Positions 17,697 through 26,938 of a stretch of DNA of 64,000 nucleotides are shown here, in pieces. The notes below the pieces were generated by a model. It did no database searches. It was not told where the DNA came from and saw only the letters and a program-made list of their open reading frames with translations. Numbering within the stretch: position 1 is the first letter of the stretch; each line of letters begins with the position of its first letter. Origin of the DNA: Candidatus Altimarinota bacterium (lineage in GTDB: Bacteria > Patescibacteriota > Gracilibacteria > JBDHUY01). Position numbers and translations under genes: made by a program. The stretch spans positions 1 through 64,000 of the forward strand of contig JBDHUY010000007.1 in the NCBI GenBank assembly GCA_039809385.1. The letters run 5' to 3'.

Positions 17697-17713
17697 GTGG
17701 GAAATTTGGCAGA

Positions 17714-18292
17714 TTAAGCAGCTTTTTTCATTTCGATCGGCGTGCTTTCTTTTTTCTCTTTGGTTTTGAGCGGAATGACATTACTTTTGTTGCCGGCTAA
17801 TTTGTCGTGAATCCCGTCGAGGCGTTTGGTGGCACTGTTGACGCGTTCTTCATACATCCGGTCGTCCGACTCCATGCGTTCTCTTTCCTGCGATATTTCT
17901 TCTTCTTTTGCCCGGATGTTCGCTTCGTGCTGTTTCTTCATCTCGATCCGGTCGGACTTTAATTTTTCCACTGCCCGTTCGAGATTGTCCAGCAGACTTT
18001 CAACATCGGTGTCGTCTCCTACTCCCATAAGGCTGAAACGGTTTCCTCCGGACACCCCCTGGTAGGTGTTTTCTGCTCTCATCGATGACGGATCAAATGC
18101 ATAACTCTCTCCGTTTTTCGCGGCAAAAGCTTCGGGTTCAAACGCCGGAATGATCGGTTCTTCTTCCGGACTCTCTTCTTCGCTCATGTGGACACTGAGC
18201 GTGGGAGAGTTTCCTTCTTTTTCCTCTCCGCTGGTCAGGTCGAAATGAACTATGGTATCGTCCTGCGTCTGTCCGGTTTTCGTATCGTCCAT
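17714..18292 (-). CDS. Hypothetical acidic/coiled-coil protein
   Basis: 192 aa; acidic disordered N-terminus and heptad-rich C-terminal half. Confidence 0.7.
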   Translation of the reverse strand: MDDTKTGQTQDDTIVHFDLTSGEEKEGNSPTLSVHMSEEESPEEEPIIPAFEPEAFAAKNGESYAFDPSSMRAENTYQGVSGGNRFSLMGVGDDTDVESLLDNLERAVEKLKSDRIEMKKQHEANIRAKEEEISQERERMESDDRMYEERVNSATKRLDGIHDKLAGNKSNVIPLKTKEKKESTPIEMKKAA

Positions 18293-18397
18293 ACATTAAT
18301 TTTTTAATGGTTTAAATCATTTCATACTACCAAATAATCAAAAAGTGTGCAAACACTTTGTTTGCTTTTCGGGTATTTTTTTTCTATAATATGAAGA

Positions 18398-20089
18398 ATG
18401 AGTGTCTTCCTGAAAGATTTTTCAAAACAAATGCAAATGTCTTCCAAATACAAAACTTCTTCGTCCCGTCTTCCGCAGTTCATCGGTCAGTACCTTATAT
18501 TATTGGTAGGGGTACTGGTTGTTTTCGGTCAGAGCGCGGGGTGGGCTCAGCAGTCGGATGAAAATTCCGAAGCCGGCTCCAATCCGGGCACAAATAATGA
18601 ACAATTAACCGATCCGAACGCCGGGTACAACCCTAACGGAAATGTATCGGATGAAGATGTGAAAAAAATGCGTCAGCAATTCGAAAGTTATCAACAGCAG
18701 ATCATGAATAACGACGAGACGCGTATCATTCGCACCCAAGCGCGCCTGATTCAGAAGAAACGTGAATTAGAACGTAAAGAGCAGATTTTTTCCGAGAGCG
18801 ATATGGCGATTCAGCGCTATACCGATATTCTTAAACCCATCGAACAGCAGGTCCATTCGCTCAACGATCTCTTAGGTCTCCTGGATGAACAGCTCTCTTC
18901 CACCAAATATAAAATTACCAGCGTCACCCAGCAAATTGTCGAAAAAGAAGAACAGATTACTGCGTTGATGGAAGAGATCGAAAAAGCTAAAGTAGAGCGT
19001 GCTAATCAAGAGAAAGTGGTCATGGAGTATGTGAAGCTGATTTACGATCAGGAACAGTTATACCTGGATCCTCAGAATGACAGCATCAACGAACTGAAGC
19101 TGCTTTTTCTGGACCAGCCAATTTCCAAAACCCTGACCAAAACTGAGTATCTGGCGATTATTCAGAAGACGGGTCAGTCGATCCTGCATGAACTGGAGCG
19201 CATTTACGAAGATCTGTTCGACAAACAGACCAGTCTGGAAACCAAACAGGAACGTTTACAAACACTCAAGAACGAATTAGAACGTCAAAAACAGAGTTTG
19301 CAACAGGAACATTTGGCCAAAGAACATATTTTGGCCGTTACGCAGGGAGATGAGCAGAAATATCGAGATCTGATTGAAGAAACCGAACGACAGAAAGAGC
19401 AGGCTTCGCTCGATGCCGTATTGCTAGAAGACAGTATCGATTCGATCCAGCAACAGCTTGAGACGCTGAAAAAGAATGCCAAAACCACGACTTCCGAAAC
19501 AGCGATCCAAAAGAAAGCCGAGTCTGCGGCCACGATGCTCGAAAATTCACAAACCCTTTCTCCCGCTACGATTGATGTCGGCGAGGGATGTCAGGATGAC
19601 TATCCGCTGCCTTGGCCGGTAAATCCTACCAGTGGGGTCAGTGCGTACTTTGACGATCCCAATTATATCAAGATCTTTGGCGTCAATCACGGCGCGATCG
19701 ATATTCCCACCGCTCAGTTGACCGAGATCCACGCCCCGGCGGATGCGTATGTCTATAAGACAGTAGACAATGGTTACGGTTACAGTTACGTGATTCTGGC
19801 ACACTGTAATATCTTAACGCTCTACGGCCATGTCAATAAAATTCTGGTTTCGGAAGGAGATTTGTTGAAAAAGGGTGAAGTGTTTGCCCTGTCGGGCGGA
19901 GCTCCGGGAACTTTGGGAGCGGGTGCCCGTACGACGGGATCGCATCTTCATTTTGAAACCTGGCTCGACGGGGTCAAACAGGATCCGCTCAAGTATCTGA
20001 ATTTGTGCGACGTTCCCAAGGACAAAATCAACCCGAACAAAATTCCGGATCAGAATTTCGAGTACACCTGTCCGAAGGAGGGGGAGTAA
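18398..20089 (+). CDS. Coiled-coil M23 peptidase (EnvC/murein hydrolase-like)
   Basis: TM/signal segment, long coiled coil, HGAID (HxxxD), YGH and HLH motifs; true start may be downstream (MSSKYK). Confidence 0.88.
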   Translation: MSVFLKDFSKQMQMSSKYKTSSSRLPQFIGQYLILLVGVLVVFGQSAGWAQQSDENSEAGSNPGTNNEQLTDPNAGYNPNGNVSDEDVKKMRQQFESYQQQIMNNDETRIIRTQARLIQKKRELERKEQIFSESDMAIQRYTDILKPIEQQVHSLNDLLGLLDEQLSSTKYKITSVTQQIVEKEEQITALMEEIEKAKVERANQEKVVMEYVKLIYDQEQLYLDPQNDSINELKLLFLDQPISKTLTKTEYLAIIQKTGQSILHELERIYEDLFDKQTSLETKQERLQTLKNELERQKQSLQQEHLAKEHILAVTQGDEQKYRDLIEETERQKEQASLDAVLLEDSIDSIQQQLETLKKNAKTTTSETAIQKKAESAATMLENSQTLSPATIDVGEGCQDDYPLPWPVNPTSGVSAYFDDPNYIKIFGVNHGAIDIPTAQLTEIHAPADAYVYKTVDNGYGYSYVILAHCNILTLYGHVNKILVSEGDLLKKGEVFALSGGAPGTLGAGARTTGSHLHFETWLDGVKQDPLKYLNLCDVPKDKINPNKIPDQNFEYTCPKEGE

Positions 20090-20122
20090 GTTCTTTAGTA
20101 CACAGTCCAAAGTACTTAGTCC

Positions 20123-20434
20123 TTAGTCGGGGTCCTTTTCTTTGATAAGTTTTTTTACTCTGACTGCTATCCGCATGGGAAGAACCACTACCTCCGACTT
20201 TTGACTAGGCACTATGGACTTAGTACTTAGTCGGGGTCCTTTTCTTTGATAAGTTTTTTTACTCTGACTGCTATCCGCATGGGAAGAACCACTACCTCCG
20301 ACTTTTGACTAGGCACTATGGACTTAGTACTTAGTCGGGGTCCTTTTCTTTGATAAGTTTTTTTACTCTGGCTGCTATCCGCATGGGAAGAACCACTACC
20401 TCCGACTTTTGACTAGGCACTATGGACTTAGTAC
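20123..20434. repeat. Tandem repeat, 3 x 104 bp
   Basis: Units start at 20123, 20227 and 20331; identical except A>G at 20371. Confidence 0.95.
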
Positions 20435-20453
20435 TTAGCACGGTGTGTTTCCT

Positions 20454-20483
20454 TTGACAACGTTTCCTTCCTTCTGGTATGAT
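20454..20483 (+). promoter_or_regulatory. Sigma70 promoter of clpP
   Basis: TTGACA-N18-TATGAT with extended -10 TG. Confidence 0.7.
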
Positions 20484-20484
20484 T

Positions 20485-20511
20485 TTAGCACTCGTACTTT
20501 ATATGTGCTAA
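20485..20511 (+). promoter_or_regulatory. CIRCE element (HrcA operator)
   Basis: TTAGCACTC-N9-atGTGCTAA versus consensus TTAGCACTC-N9-GAGTGCTAA; lies between the promoter and the clpP ATG. Confidence 0.85.
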
Positions 20512-20520
20512 TTCTTTTTT

Positions 20521-21132
20521 ATGATTTTGATTCCGACGGTGATCGAAAAGACACATCAGGGAGAGCGGGCCTATGATATTTATTCCCGTTTACTCAAAGA
20601 CCGGGTTATTTTTATCGGCGGCGTGATCAATGACGAAATGGCGAACAGTATCATTGCCCAGCTATTGTTTCTCGAACGCGAAGACCCCAAGAAAGATATC
20701 GTGATGTATGTAAATTCCCCGGGCGGAGCGGTTACGGCTACGCTGGCGATGTACGATACGATGCAGTACGTTTCGTGTGATGTTTCGACCGTGTGTGTCG
20801 GACTCGCCGCTAGTGGCGGCTCGGTGCTTCTGATGGGAGGTACCAAAGGAAAGCGTTTTGCTTTGCCACATAGCGAGGTGATGATCCATCAGCCGCTGGG
20901 AGGAGTGGAGGGACAAGCTACCGATATCCACATTCACGCTCAGCATATTATTAAAACCAAGGATTTGCTAAACGAAATGATCGCCAAACATACCGGCCAG
21001 AAACTGGACAAGGTGCGGGTTGATACGGAACGGGATTACTTTATGACCGCTGAAGATGCGATGAAGTATGGTATCATTGACAAAGTGATCAGCTCTCAGG
21101 ATCTGGCCAAAGTTGAAAAGAAAATGAAATAG
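20521..21132 (+). CDS. clpP: ATP-dependent Clp protease proteolytic subunit
   Basis: [19 protein letters not shown] (Ser), MIHQP (His), ERD (Asp). Confidence 0.97.
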   Translation: MILIPTVIEKTHQGERAYDIYSRLLKDRVIFIGGVINDEMANSIIAQLLFLEREDPKKDIVMYVNSPGGAVTATLAMYDTMQYVSCDVSTVCVGLAASGGSVLLMGGTKGKRFALPHSEVMIHQPLGGVEGQATDIHIHAQHIIKTKDLLNEMIAKHTGQKLDKVRVDTERDYFMTAEDAMKYGIIDKVISSQDLAKVEKKMK

Positions 21133-21154
21133 CTTTTTCAAGAAGACGAGTAGT

Positions 21155-21910
21155 ATGGGCAAAATAGTAGCTATTGCCGGAGGAAGTATCGGTTATCGGA
21201 GCACTCCCAATACTATTCCGCTTGAACGGGAGATTATTCGTCTCACAGGAAAAAAGCATCCTACATTGCTGCTTATTCCAACTGCGAGCAAGGATTCACC
21301 TTCGTACTTTGATGTCGTTCAGAAGCACTTTGGCAAACGCCTGGGATGTCGTACCGATGTTTTGTACCTGCTGGGCAAACGATACGCCAGGTCGGAGTTG
21401 GAAAAAAGAATTCTTGGTTCGGATATTATCTATGTAGGAGGAGGGAATACGAAATACATGCTGACGGTCTGGCGAAAAGCGGGACTCGATATTCTTTTGC
21501 GAAAGGCCTATCAAAAAGGAATTGTGCTTTCCGGTGTCAGTGCCGGTGCCGGATGTTGGTTTCAGTATTTGAATAGCGACTCCCTGAAAATCGCTACGCA
21601 TAATAAAAAGGCACCCTTCATTCGCGTCAAGGCTCTTGGTCTCATCCCAGCTTTTTTCTGTCCCCACTATAACGAACCCGGCCGCCGCAGTTCGGTAAAA
21701 GCAATGGCACAAAAATATCGTACCCCCATTATTGGATTGGAAAACCGTACCGCACTGGTCGTGGCGGATAATCAATTCAAGATATTGTCTGCTCACAAAG
21801 ATCATGCTGCCTACCAGCTTTCCTGGCAGAAAGAAAAATACATCAAGGAACAGTTGCCGCTTGATGAATGGTTAACATTTCCGGATCGGTCAAATAAATC
21901 TTTGACTTAA
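21155..21910 (+). CDS. Peptidase E / S51 family
   Basis: IPTAS, IYVGGGNT, GVSAGA nucleophile, CPHY. Confidence 0.88.
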   Translation: MGKIVAIAGGSIGYRSTPNTIPLEREIIRLTGKKHPTLLLIPTASKDSPSYFDVVQKHFGKRLGCRTDVLYLLGKRYARSELEKRILGSDIIYVGGGNTKYMLTVWRKAGLDILLRKAYQKGIVLSGVSAGAGCWFQYLNSDSLKIATHNKKAPFIRVKALGLIPAFFCPHYNEPGRRSSVKAMAQKYRTPIIGLENRTALVVADNQFKILSAHKDHAAYQLSWQKEKYIKEQLPLDEWLTFPDRSNKSLT

Positions 21911-21935
21911 GCGGTATTTTATATCGCAGCATCTC

Positions 21936-21973
21936 AAAAAAAAGCCCTATGAACAATCATAGGAGCCTTTTTT
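21936..21973. terminator. Bidirectional terminator
   Basis: A-run, cctatga-acaa-tcatagg stem, T-run. Confidence 0.65.
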
Positions 21974-21985
21974 ATTTTTTGCGTA

Positions 21986-22189
21986 TTAAGCAGTTTTCAA
22001 CCCGGCTTTCTTCAAGCGCTTCTCCAATACGGCTGAAGCATTTTTCAGCCATTTGGTTTCGCCTTCTTTTTCAATACGCTTTTTGAGCGTCAGGGATTGT
22101 CGAACCATATCGGCTGTTTTGCCGGTCTTTTTTTTGCGTTTGTTTTCGGGGTGGTAAAATGCGCGTGGTTTTTTGGATGAGCTGCCCAT
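21986..22189 (-). CDS. Small, highly basic protein of unknown function
   Basis: 67 aa, Lys/Arg-rich, with a terminator downstream and a structured leader upstream. Confidence 0.6.
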   Translation of the reverse strand: MGSSSKKPRAFYHPENKRKKKTGKTADMVRQSLTLKKRIEKEGETKWLKNASAVLEKRLKKAGLKTA

Positions 22190-22360
22190 AAAAAACGATG
22201 AAATAACGGTAAAAATAGAAAAAGCGGTTCACAGGATAACAGGATTCGTCGCTCCTGTAAAGGAAAGCCGCACTTTATCACTCGAGGGCTGGTTTTCTTT
22301 TCCCAAATAATAGGCATATCCGCTGTTTTTTGGTATAATAATGAGACAAATACTTCCTAA

Positions 22361-22497
22361 AAAGCTCAAATGTCATCCGCCGCGGCGGACAAATTTCAAA
22401 ATAAGCCCAAAATCCAAAGACCAAAGATTCATATTCAGTCTTTTGAACTTTCTAATTTGATATTCTTTTGACATTTGAGTTTTGAAATTTGTTGTTT
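22361..22497. repeat. Heptamer-periodic inverted-repeat element with internal GC palindrome
   Basis: Same layout as 17029-17155; tccgccgcggcgga at 22376-22389. Confidence 0.7.
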
Positions 22498-22539
22498 CCC
22501 CGCTTGACTACAGTTTCACAATACAAAAACATATCCCCC

Positions 22540-25326
22540 ATGATCGCCCTCGTCGAAACTCTCATTTTTCTGCTTGTCCGTCTTATCCTGCCGACCGCGA
22601 TATCTTCCGAGATCGCCGGAAATGTCGTTTCTAACCCGTTCCAGAGCTGGGATACCTTTCTGGTATTTGCCTCCATGTTTGTTCTTTCGTGGCTCGGCTG
22701 GGAGGTATGTAAATGGATGGTCTACTACGGACTTGAGGTTCGCCGTACCAAAAAACTGGTATATCTGAAAGTGTTGCTGCCGCGTAACGATTCCAAAATC
22801 GATAAAGAACAGCAAACCAAGAAGGATTTCCGCGAAAAGGTCGGCATTATGCATCAGTTGTTCCGTTCGCTGTGGGAAATTAAACAATTGAATCTGAGCA
22901 ATGCTATCAAATCCTACTTACTCAAATACGACAAGCTGAGTTTCGAGCTAGTGCTTGAGGATCAGGAACTCAATTTCTATGTCATCACACCGCCCTATTT
23001 TCAAAGCATTGTCGAAAAGCAGATTACCAGCTATTACCCCGATGCCGACGTTACGCCGGTAAAGGACTATAGAACGTACGAAAAAGGCTTTAATCTTAAA
23101 GGCTATTATTTGTATCAGAAACGTCCCGGTTTCTACCCGATCAAAACGTATAAAACGCTCGAAGAAGATCCGCTTAACGGGATTGCCAACGTATTTTCCA
23201 AGCTGGAAAAACAGGAACGGGCTGTGTTTCAGGTAGTACTGCGACCGCGTGGAAACCATTGGCGTCAAAAAGCCAAAAAGATTACCGAGGATATTTTCAA
23301 AGGCAAAAAGACCGGCAAATTTAAAGGTATTCCAGGATTAGGGTGGCTGGGAGCCATTTTCGAAGCGTTTATCGGCGGTAATGCCGAAGCGCTCAATTCC
23401 ACGGCTCCCGGAGCGGACCGGGGAGATGCCTATATCCGCATGCTCCAACCTCAGGAGGAGGCTATTAAACGTACCGGTGAGAAAATCGGAGAACCGGGTT
23501 TTGACAGCACTTTGCGTATCCTGGCGTTTAGCAAAACCAGCAAACAGCGCGTCGAAGATATTTTAAATAGTATCGTCGTAGCGTTTAATCTTTTTCAGGA
23601 TAATTATAACAACTGGTTTCAGAACCGCCGTATTTTCTTCTTGGACTTTATCAATACGCCGCTGCTCTATTTTTCGTTTAGAAAACGCCTTCTGGGCTTT
23701 TTTCAGAAAAAATGCCTGCTGACTCCCGACGAACTGGCTTCTCTCTATCATTTTCCGGATGCGAATTTTAACAAAGTTCCGGTCATCAAATGGATGCAGT
23801 ACAAAGTTGTAGCCGCGCCGCTGGAAGTTCCTAAAGATGGCATCATGTTGGGATACAATGTCTATCGTGGGGTCAAGACGCCCATCCACATGCTTAAAAA
23901 AGATCGTACCCGTCATCACTACGTTATCGGAAAATCCGGTACGGGTAAATCGGTCTTCCTGGCCTACATGGCCCGTCAGGACGTTCAGAGCGGGGAGGGG
24001 CTGTGCGTGATCGATCCGCATGGCGATCTGGTTGAAGATATTTTAATGTATGTTCCCAAAGAGCGTGCAAAAGAGATCGTGGTATTCGATCCGGCCGATT
24101 CGGAGCGTCCGATGGCGCTTAATATTCTGGAAGCCCATACGGCAGACGAAATGGACCGCGCTTCTTTGGACGCTACCGAAATTTTTATCAAACTGTACGG
24201 CGACGAAATCTTTGGTCCGCGCATCCAGCACTATTTTCGTAATGGTTGTCTCTCTTTGATGGAGGACCAAGAAGATGGCGCCACGCTGATCGATGTGCCG
24301 CGACTGTTTGTCGACGATGCTTTCTTGAAATACAAACTTACCAAGATCAAGAATCCGGTGGTGCGTTCCTTTTGGGAACATGAGTATGTCCAGACCGGCG
24401 ATCGGGAAAAACAGGAGATGATTCCCTATTTCAGCGCCAAATTCGGTCCGTTTATTACGAATACGACTATGCGTAATATTATCGGTCAGGCCAAAAGCGC
24501 GTTCAATATTCGCGAGGTCATGGACAGTGGTAAAGTTTTGCTGGTCAATTTATCAAAAGGAAAGATCGGCGGACTTAACGCCCAGTTGTTGGGTCTGATT
24601 CTCGTGAACAAAGTCAATATGGCGGCGATGAGCCGGGCCGATATCCCCGAAGAGCAGCGTCGCGATTTTTTCCTGTATGTCGATGAGTTCCAAAATTTTG
24701 CCACCGATACGTTTGCCACGATCTTGTCCGAAGCGCGCAAATATCACTTGTCTTTGATCATGGCGCACCAGTATATCGGCCAGCTGGTCAGTAAAAGTGC
24801 CGGGAGCAGCCAGCAGTCAACCCAGATCCGCGATGCGGTATTCGGAAACGTCGGAACCATGATGAGCTTCAAAGTCGGTGCCGAAGATGCCGAATACCTG
24901 GCCAAGGAGTACGCGCCGGTTTTGTCGGAACAGGATATTATTCAGGTGGCCAATTATAAAGCCTATATTAAACTAAATATCAACAACACGACCTCACGGG
25001 TATTCTCGATGGAAACGGTCTATGATACAACCAATCAAAACCAGAAAATTGCCGAAATCGTCAAAAAGTATTCGCGGCTTAAATACGGACGTAAGCGCGA
25101 GTTCGTAGATCAGGAGATCGAGGCGAGGTTAGGAATCAGCCTTGCGCCGGCAGCTCCGACTTCCACCGAGGGAGTCACTTCGGATACTGCCTCGATTACC
25201 CCGTTGCCGGTGGAAGGAGTAGCAGATCAGACAGATTCTGCTCTGGTTGGTCAATCTGTTTCAACAAAGGATCTCGCAGGAGGCGATGTCAATGCAGGAC
25301 TTCCATCTTCTTCAAAATCATCATAG
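22540..25326 (+). CDS. TraD/TrwB/HerA-like coupling ATPase with N-terminal membrane domain
   Basis: Walker A GKSGTGKS, IDPHGDL, Walker B LYVDEFQNF, EARKY..SLIMAHQY, FGNVGT. Confidence 0.88.
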   Translation: MIALVETLIFLLVRLILPTAISSEIAGNVVSNPFQSWDTFLVFASMFVLSWLGWEVCKWMVYYGLEVRRTKKLVYLKVLLPRNDSKIDKEQQTKKDFREKVGIMHQLFRSLWEIKQLNLSNAIKSYLLKYDKLSFELVLEDQELNFYVITPPYFQSIVEKQITSYYPDADVTPVKDYRTYEKGFNLKGYYLYQKRPGFYPIKTYKTLEEDPLNGIANVFSKLEKQERAVFQVVLRPRGNHWRQKAKKITEDIFKGKKTGKFKGIPGLGWLGAIFEAFIGGNAEALNSTAPGADRGDAYIRMLQPQEEAIKRTGEKIGEPGFDSTLRILAFSKTSKQRVEDILNSIVVAFNLFQDNYNNWFQNRRIFFLDFINTPLLYFSFRKRLLGFFQKKCLLTPDELASLYHFPDANFNKVPVIKWMQYKVVAAPLEVPKDGIMLGYNVYRGVKTPIHMLKKDRTRHHYVIGKSGTGKSVFLAYMARQDVQSGEGLCVIDPHGDLVEDILMYVPKERAKEIVVFDPADSERPMALNILEAHTADEMDRASLDATEIFIKLYGDEIFGPRIQHYFRNGCLSLMEDQEDGATLIDVPRLFVDDAFLKYKLTKIKNPVVRSFWEHEYVQTGDREKQEMIPYFSAKFGPFITNTTMRNIIGQAKSAFNIREVMDSGKVLLVNLSKGKIGGLNAQLLGLILVNKVNMAAMSRADIPEEQRRDFFLYVDEFQNFATDTFATILSEARKYHLSLIMAHQYIGQLVSKSAGSSQQSTQIRDAVFGNVGTMMSFKVGAEDAEYLAKEYAPVLSEQDIIQVANYKAYIKLNINNTTSRVFSMETVYDTTNQNQKIAEIVKKYSRLKYGRKREFVDQEIEARLGISLAPAAPTSTEGVTSDTASITPLPVEGVADQTDSALVGQSVSTKDLAGGDVNAGLPSSSKSS

Positions 25327-25337
25327 TCACATCTCGC

Positions 25338-25702
25338 ATGAAAAAGATCATCATTTATCTGCTCTCGTTCTTTGCGGTACCCCTGATGTATATTTTTCTC
25401 GCAGGATTTCTTGCTGCAGCTTCTCTAGTGATACCAAAATCAATATGTCCGCCGAACGCTGACTGTCGTGCATTATCTATCTGGGAAATGGGAACACTTT
25501 ACTTGAGGGAAGTTCTCCCTATCTCGATCGCTGTTATTGTCATTTTGCTTGTTGGTGGGGCGCTGGTGTTACTATTTTCCCCTCTTGGCAACAGCAAGGC
25601 AATAGCTTACTCATAGGGAGTCTTTGTTCTTTTATAGGCTTGCTGGTATTCATCGCTTTGTTGTCCACAACAGAAACCTTTGAATTTGCGATAAATTATT
25701 GA
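25338..25702 (+). pseudogene. Small membrane protein, probably frameshifted at a TTTTCCCC run
   Basis: ORF stops at 25616, but the -1 frame from about 25586 continues WQQQGNSLLIGSLCSFIGLLVFIALL..., a third TM helix, to TGA 25702. Confidence 0.45.
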
Positions 25703-25931
25703 ATTTCTTGAGAAGTTTTACAGGAACTTCGATATAAGTACACAGAACTTCTCTATTGTAGCGCTTAGACTATGTGTTGCGTAGACAGTGGGGGACCAAG
25801 TCTTACTTGGAAACTACAGACAGTTCAAACATAGTTCTCTTGTTTCCTGTGAGATGCCTTTTTTAGTAGCTTTGCCAAACGAACAGACCACCAATTCGCT
25901 TCCGACCGAAGCTTCTTCCAAAGTCACAAAT

Positions 25932-26360
25932 TTAATTTGCCCAGTTCTGAATCTGGATAAAACGAGGCGGCAGGTTGTTGAAATCCTGATCGTTGCTCAC
26001 CAAAATATATCCATATCGTTTGGCAATACAGGCAATCAGCAAGTCAAAATCTTTCATAATGTTTCCCCTATTTTTCATTGCGGCTTTTGTTTTGGCAAAG
26101 AGTAGCCAGCAATTTTTATCCGTAATGACGGGATGTACCGTGGCGAGGAATGCTTCGATCCTTTGGTAGGTTCGTCGGGGATTTTTGCTTATTTCAGCAC
26201 CATAGTACATTTCGCCCGCCACTACGTCGCAGGTATAAGCTGGATCAAGTAATCTTTTGAAAGCTGTTATTGTCTTGATCTCTTGTTGCTTACGATACTC
26301 TGCTCTTTTATGCGAGCCATTTATAATATAGGAACAATGGTTTGTGTCGAGAAGATACAT
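25932..26360 (-). CDS. vapC: PIN-domain VapC toxin
   Basis: YLLDTN, VAGEMYYG, DFDLLIA, LVSNDQDF. Confidence 0.9.
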   Translation of the reverse strand: MYLLDTNHCSYIINGSHKRAEYRKQQEIKTITAFKRLLDPAYTCDVVAGEMYYGAEISKNPRRTYQRIEAFLATVHPVITDKNCWLLFAKTKAAMKNRGNIMKDFDLLIACIAKRYGYILVSNDQDFNNLPPRFIQIQNWAN

Positions 26361-26362
26361 AC

Positions 26363-26743
26363 TTAATCAAATTTTACTGTACGGTTTGAAAATGTTCGCG
26401 AAGCTTTGATGTGCTTGGCATCAATATCCTCGCTGTCATCTGTCGCATCGTCTTCGAGATCTTTTAACATAGCAAGACGGTCAGTTGTACTCTGTGGGGG
26501 CGGTACTGTTGGTTGCAAATCACCCCATTTTGCCTGCCTCTTTTTATGCTCCTCCAAAGCACGAGCATCTACCAACTTTTTGACCTTGATCACGATCTCG
26601 TTCTCTTGCCGAATAAACTCTACATAATCGCCGATGTCAGCTCCGATTAAGCGAAAAATCGATTCCGGAATAACCACCTGACGTTTGTGACTGATCTTGC
26701 TGAGAACGGGCAATCCCGGTCTGGATCTTCCTTTTATACTCAT
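26363..26743 (-). CDS. AbrB/MazE/SpoVT-fold antitoxin (VapB-like)
   Basis: KISHKRQVVIPESIFRLIGADIGDYVEF swapped-hairpin signature, acidic tail, 2 nt upstream of vapC. Confidence 0.8.
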   Translation of the reverse strand: MSIKGRSRPGLPVLSKISHKRQVVIPESIFRLIGADIGDYVEFIRQENEIVIKVKKLVDARALEEHKKRQAKWGDLQPTVPPPQSTTDRLAMLKDLEDDATDDSEDIDAKHIKASRTFSNRTVKFD

Positions 26744-26938
26744 ATGATGTTAGTAAGATAGTAAGAAAATTCTACTATATTACCAGTATAGATATATAAC
26801 AGTCTGGGAGCAATGCCAAACTTCAGTGTTTGCCGCCGGTTCAGGTTTTCCAGAAAACTGAATTGTCTGTTCTCTTTATCGCACTGAACGTATTGGGGCG
26901 TTGGGAAAATACTTTCGAGCTAGTCCGGTCTTTTACGA

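Noticed and set aside
20123-20434. CRISPR array
   Set aside because: The units are 104-bp head-to-tail copies with no unique spacers, and there are no cas genes in the window.
22540-26743. Integrative conjugative element around the coupling ATPase and vapBC
   Set aside because: There is no relaxase, integrase, VirB4/VirB6 or att repeats, and the ATPase has host-like sequence style.
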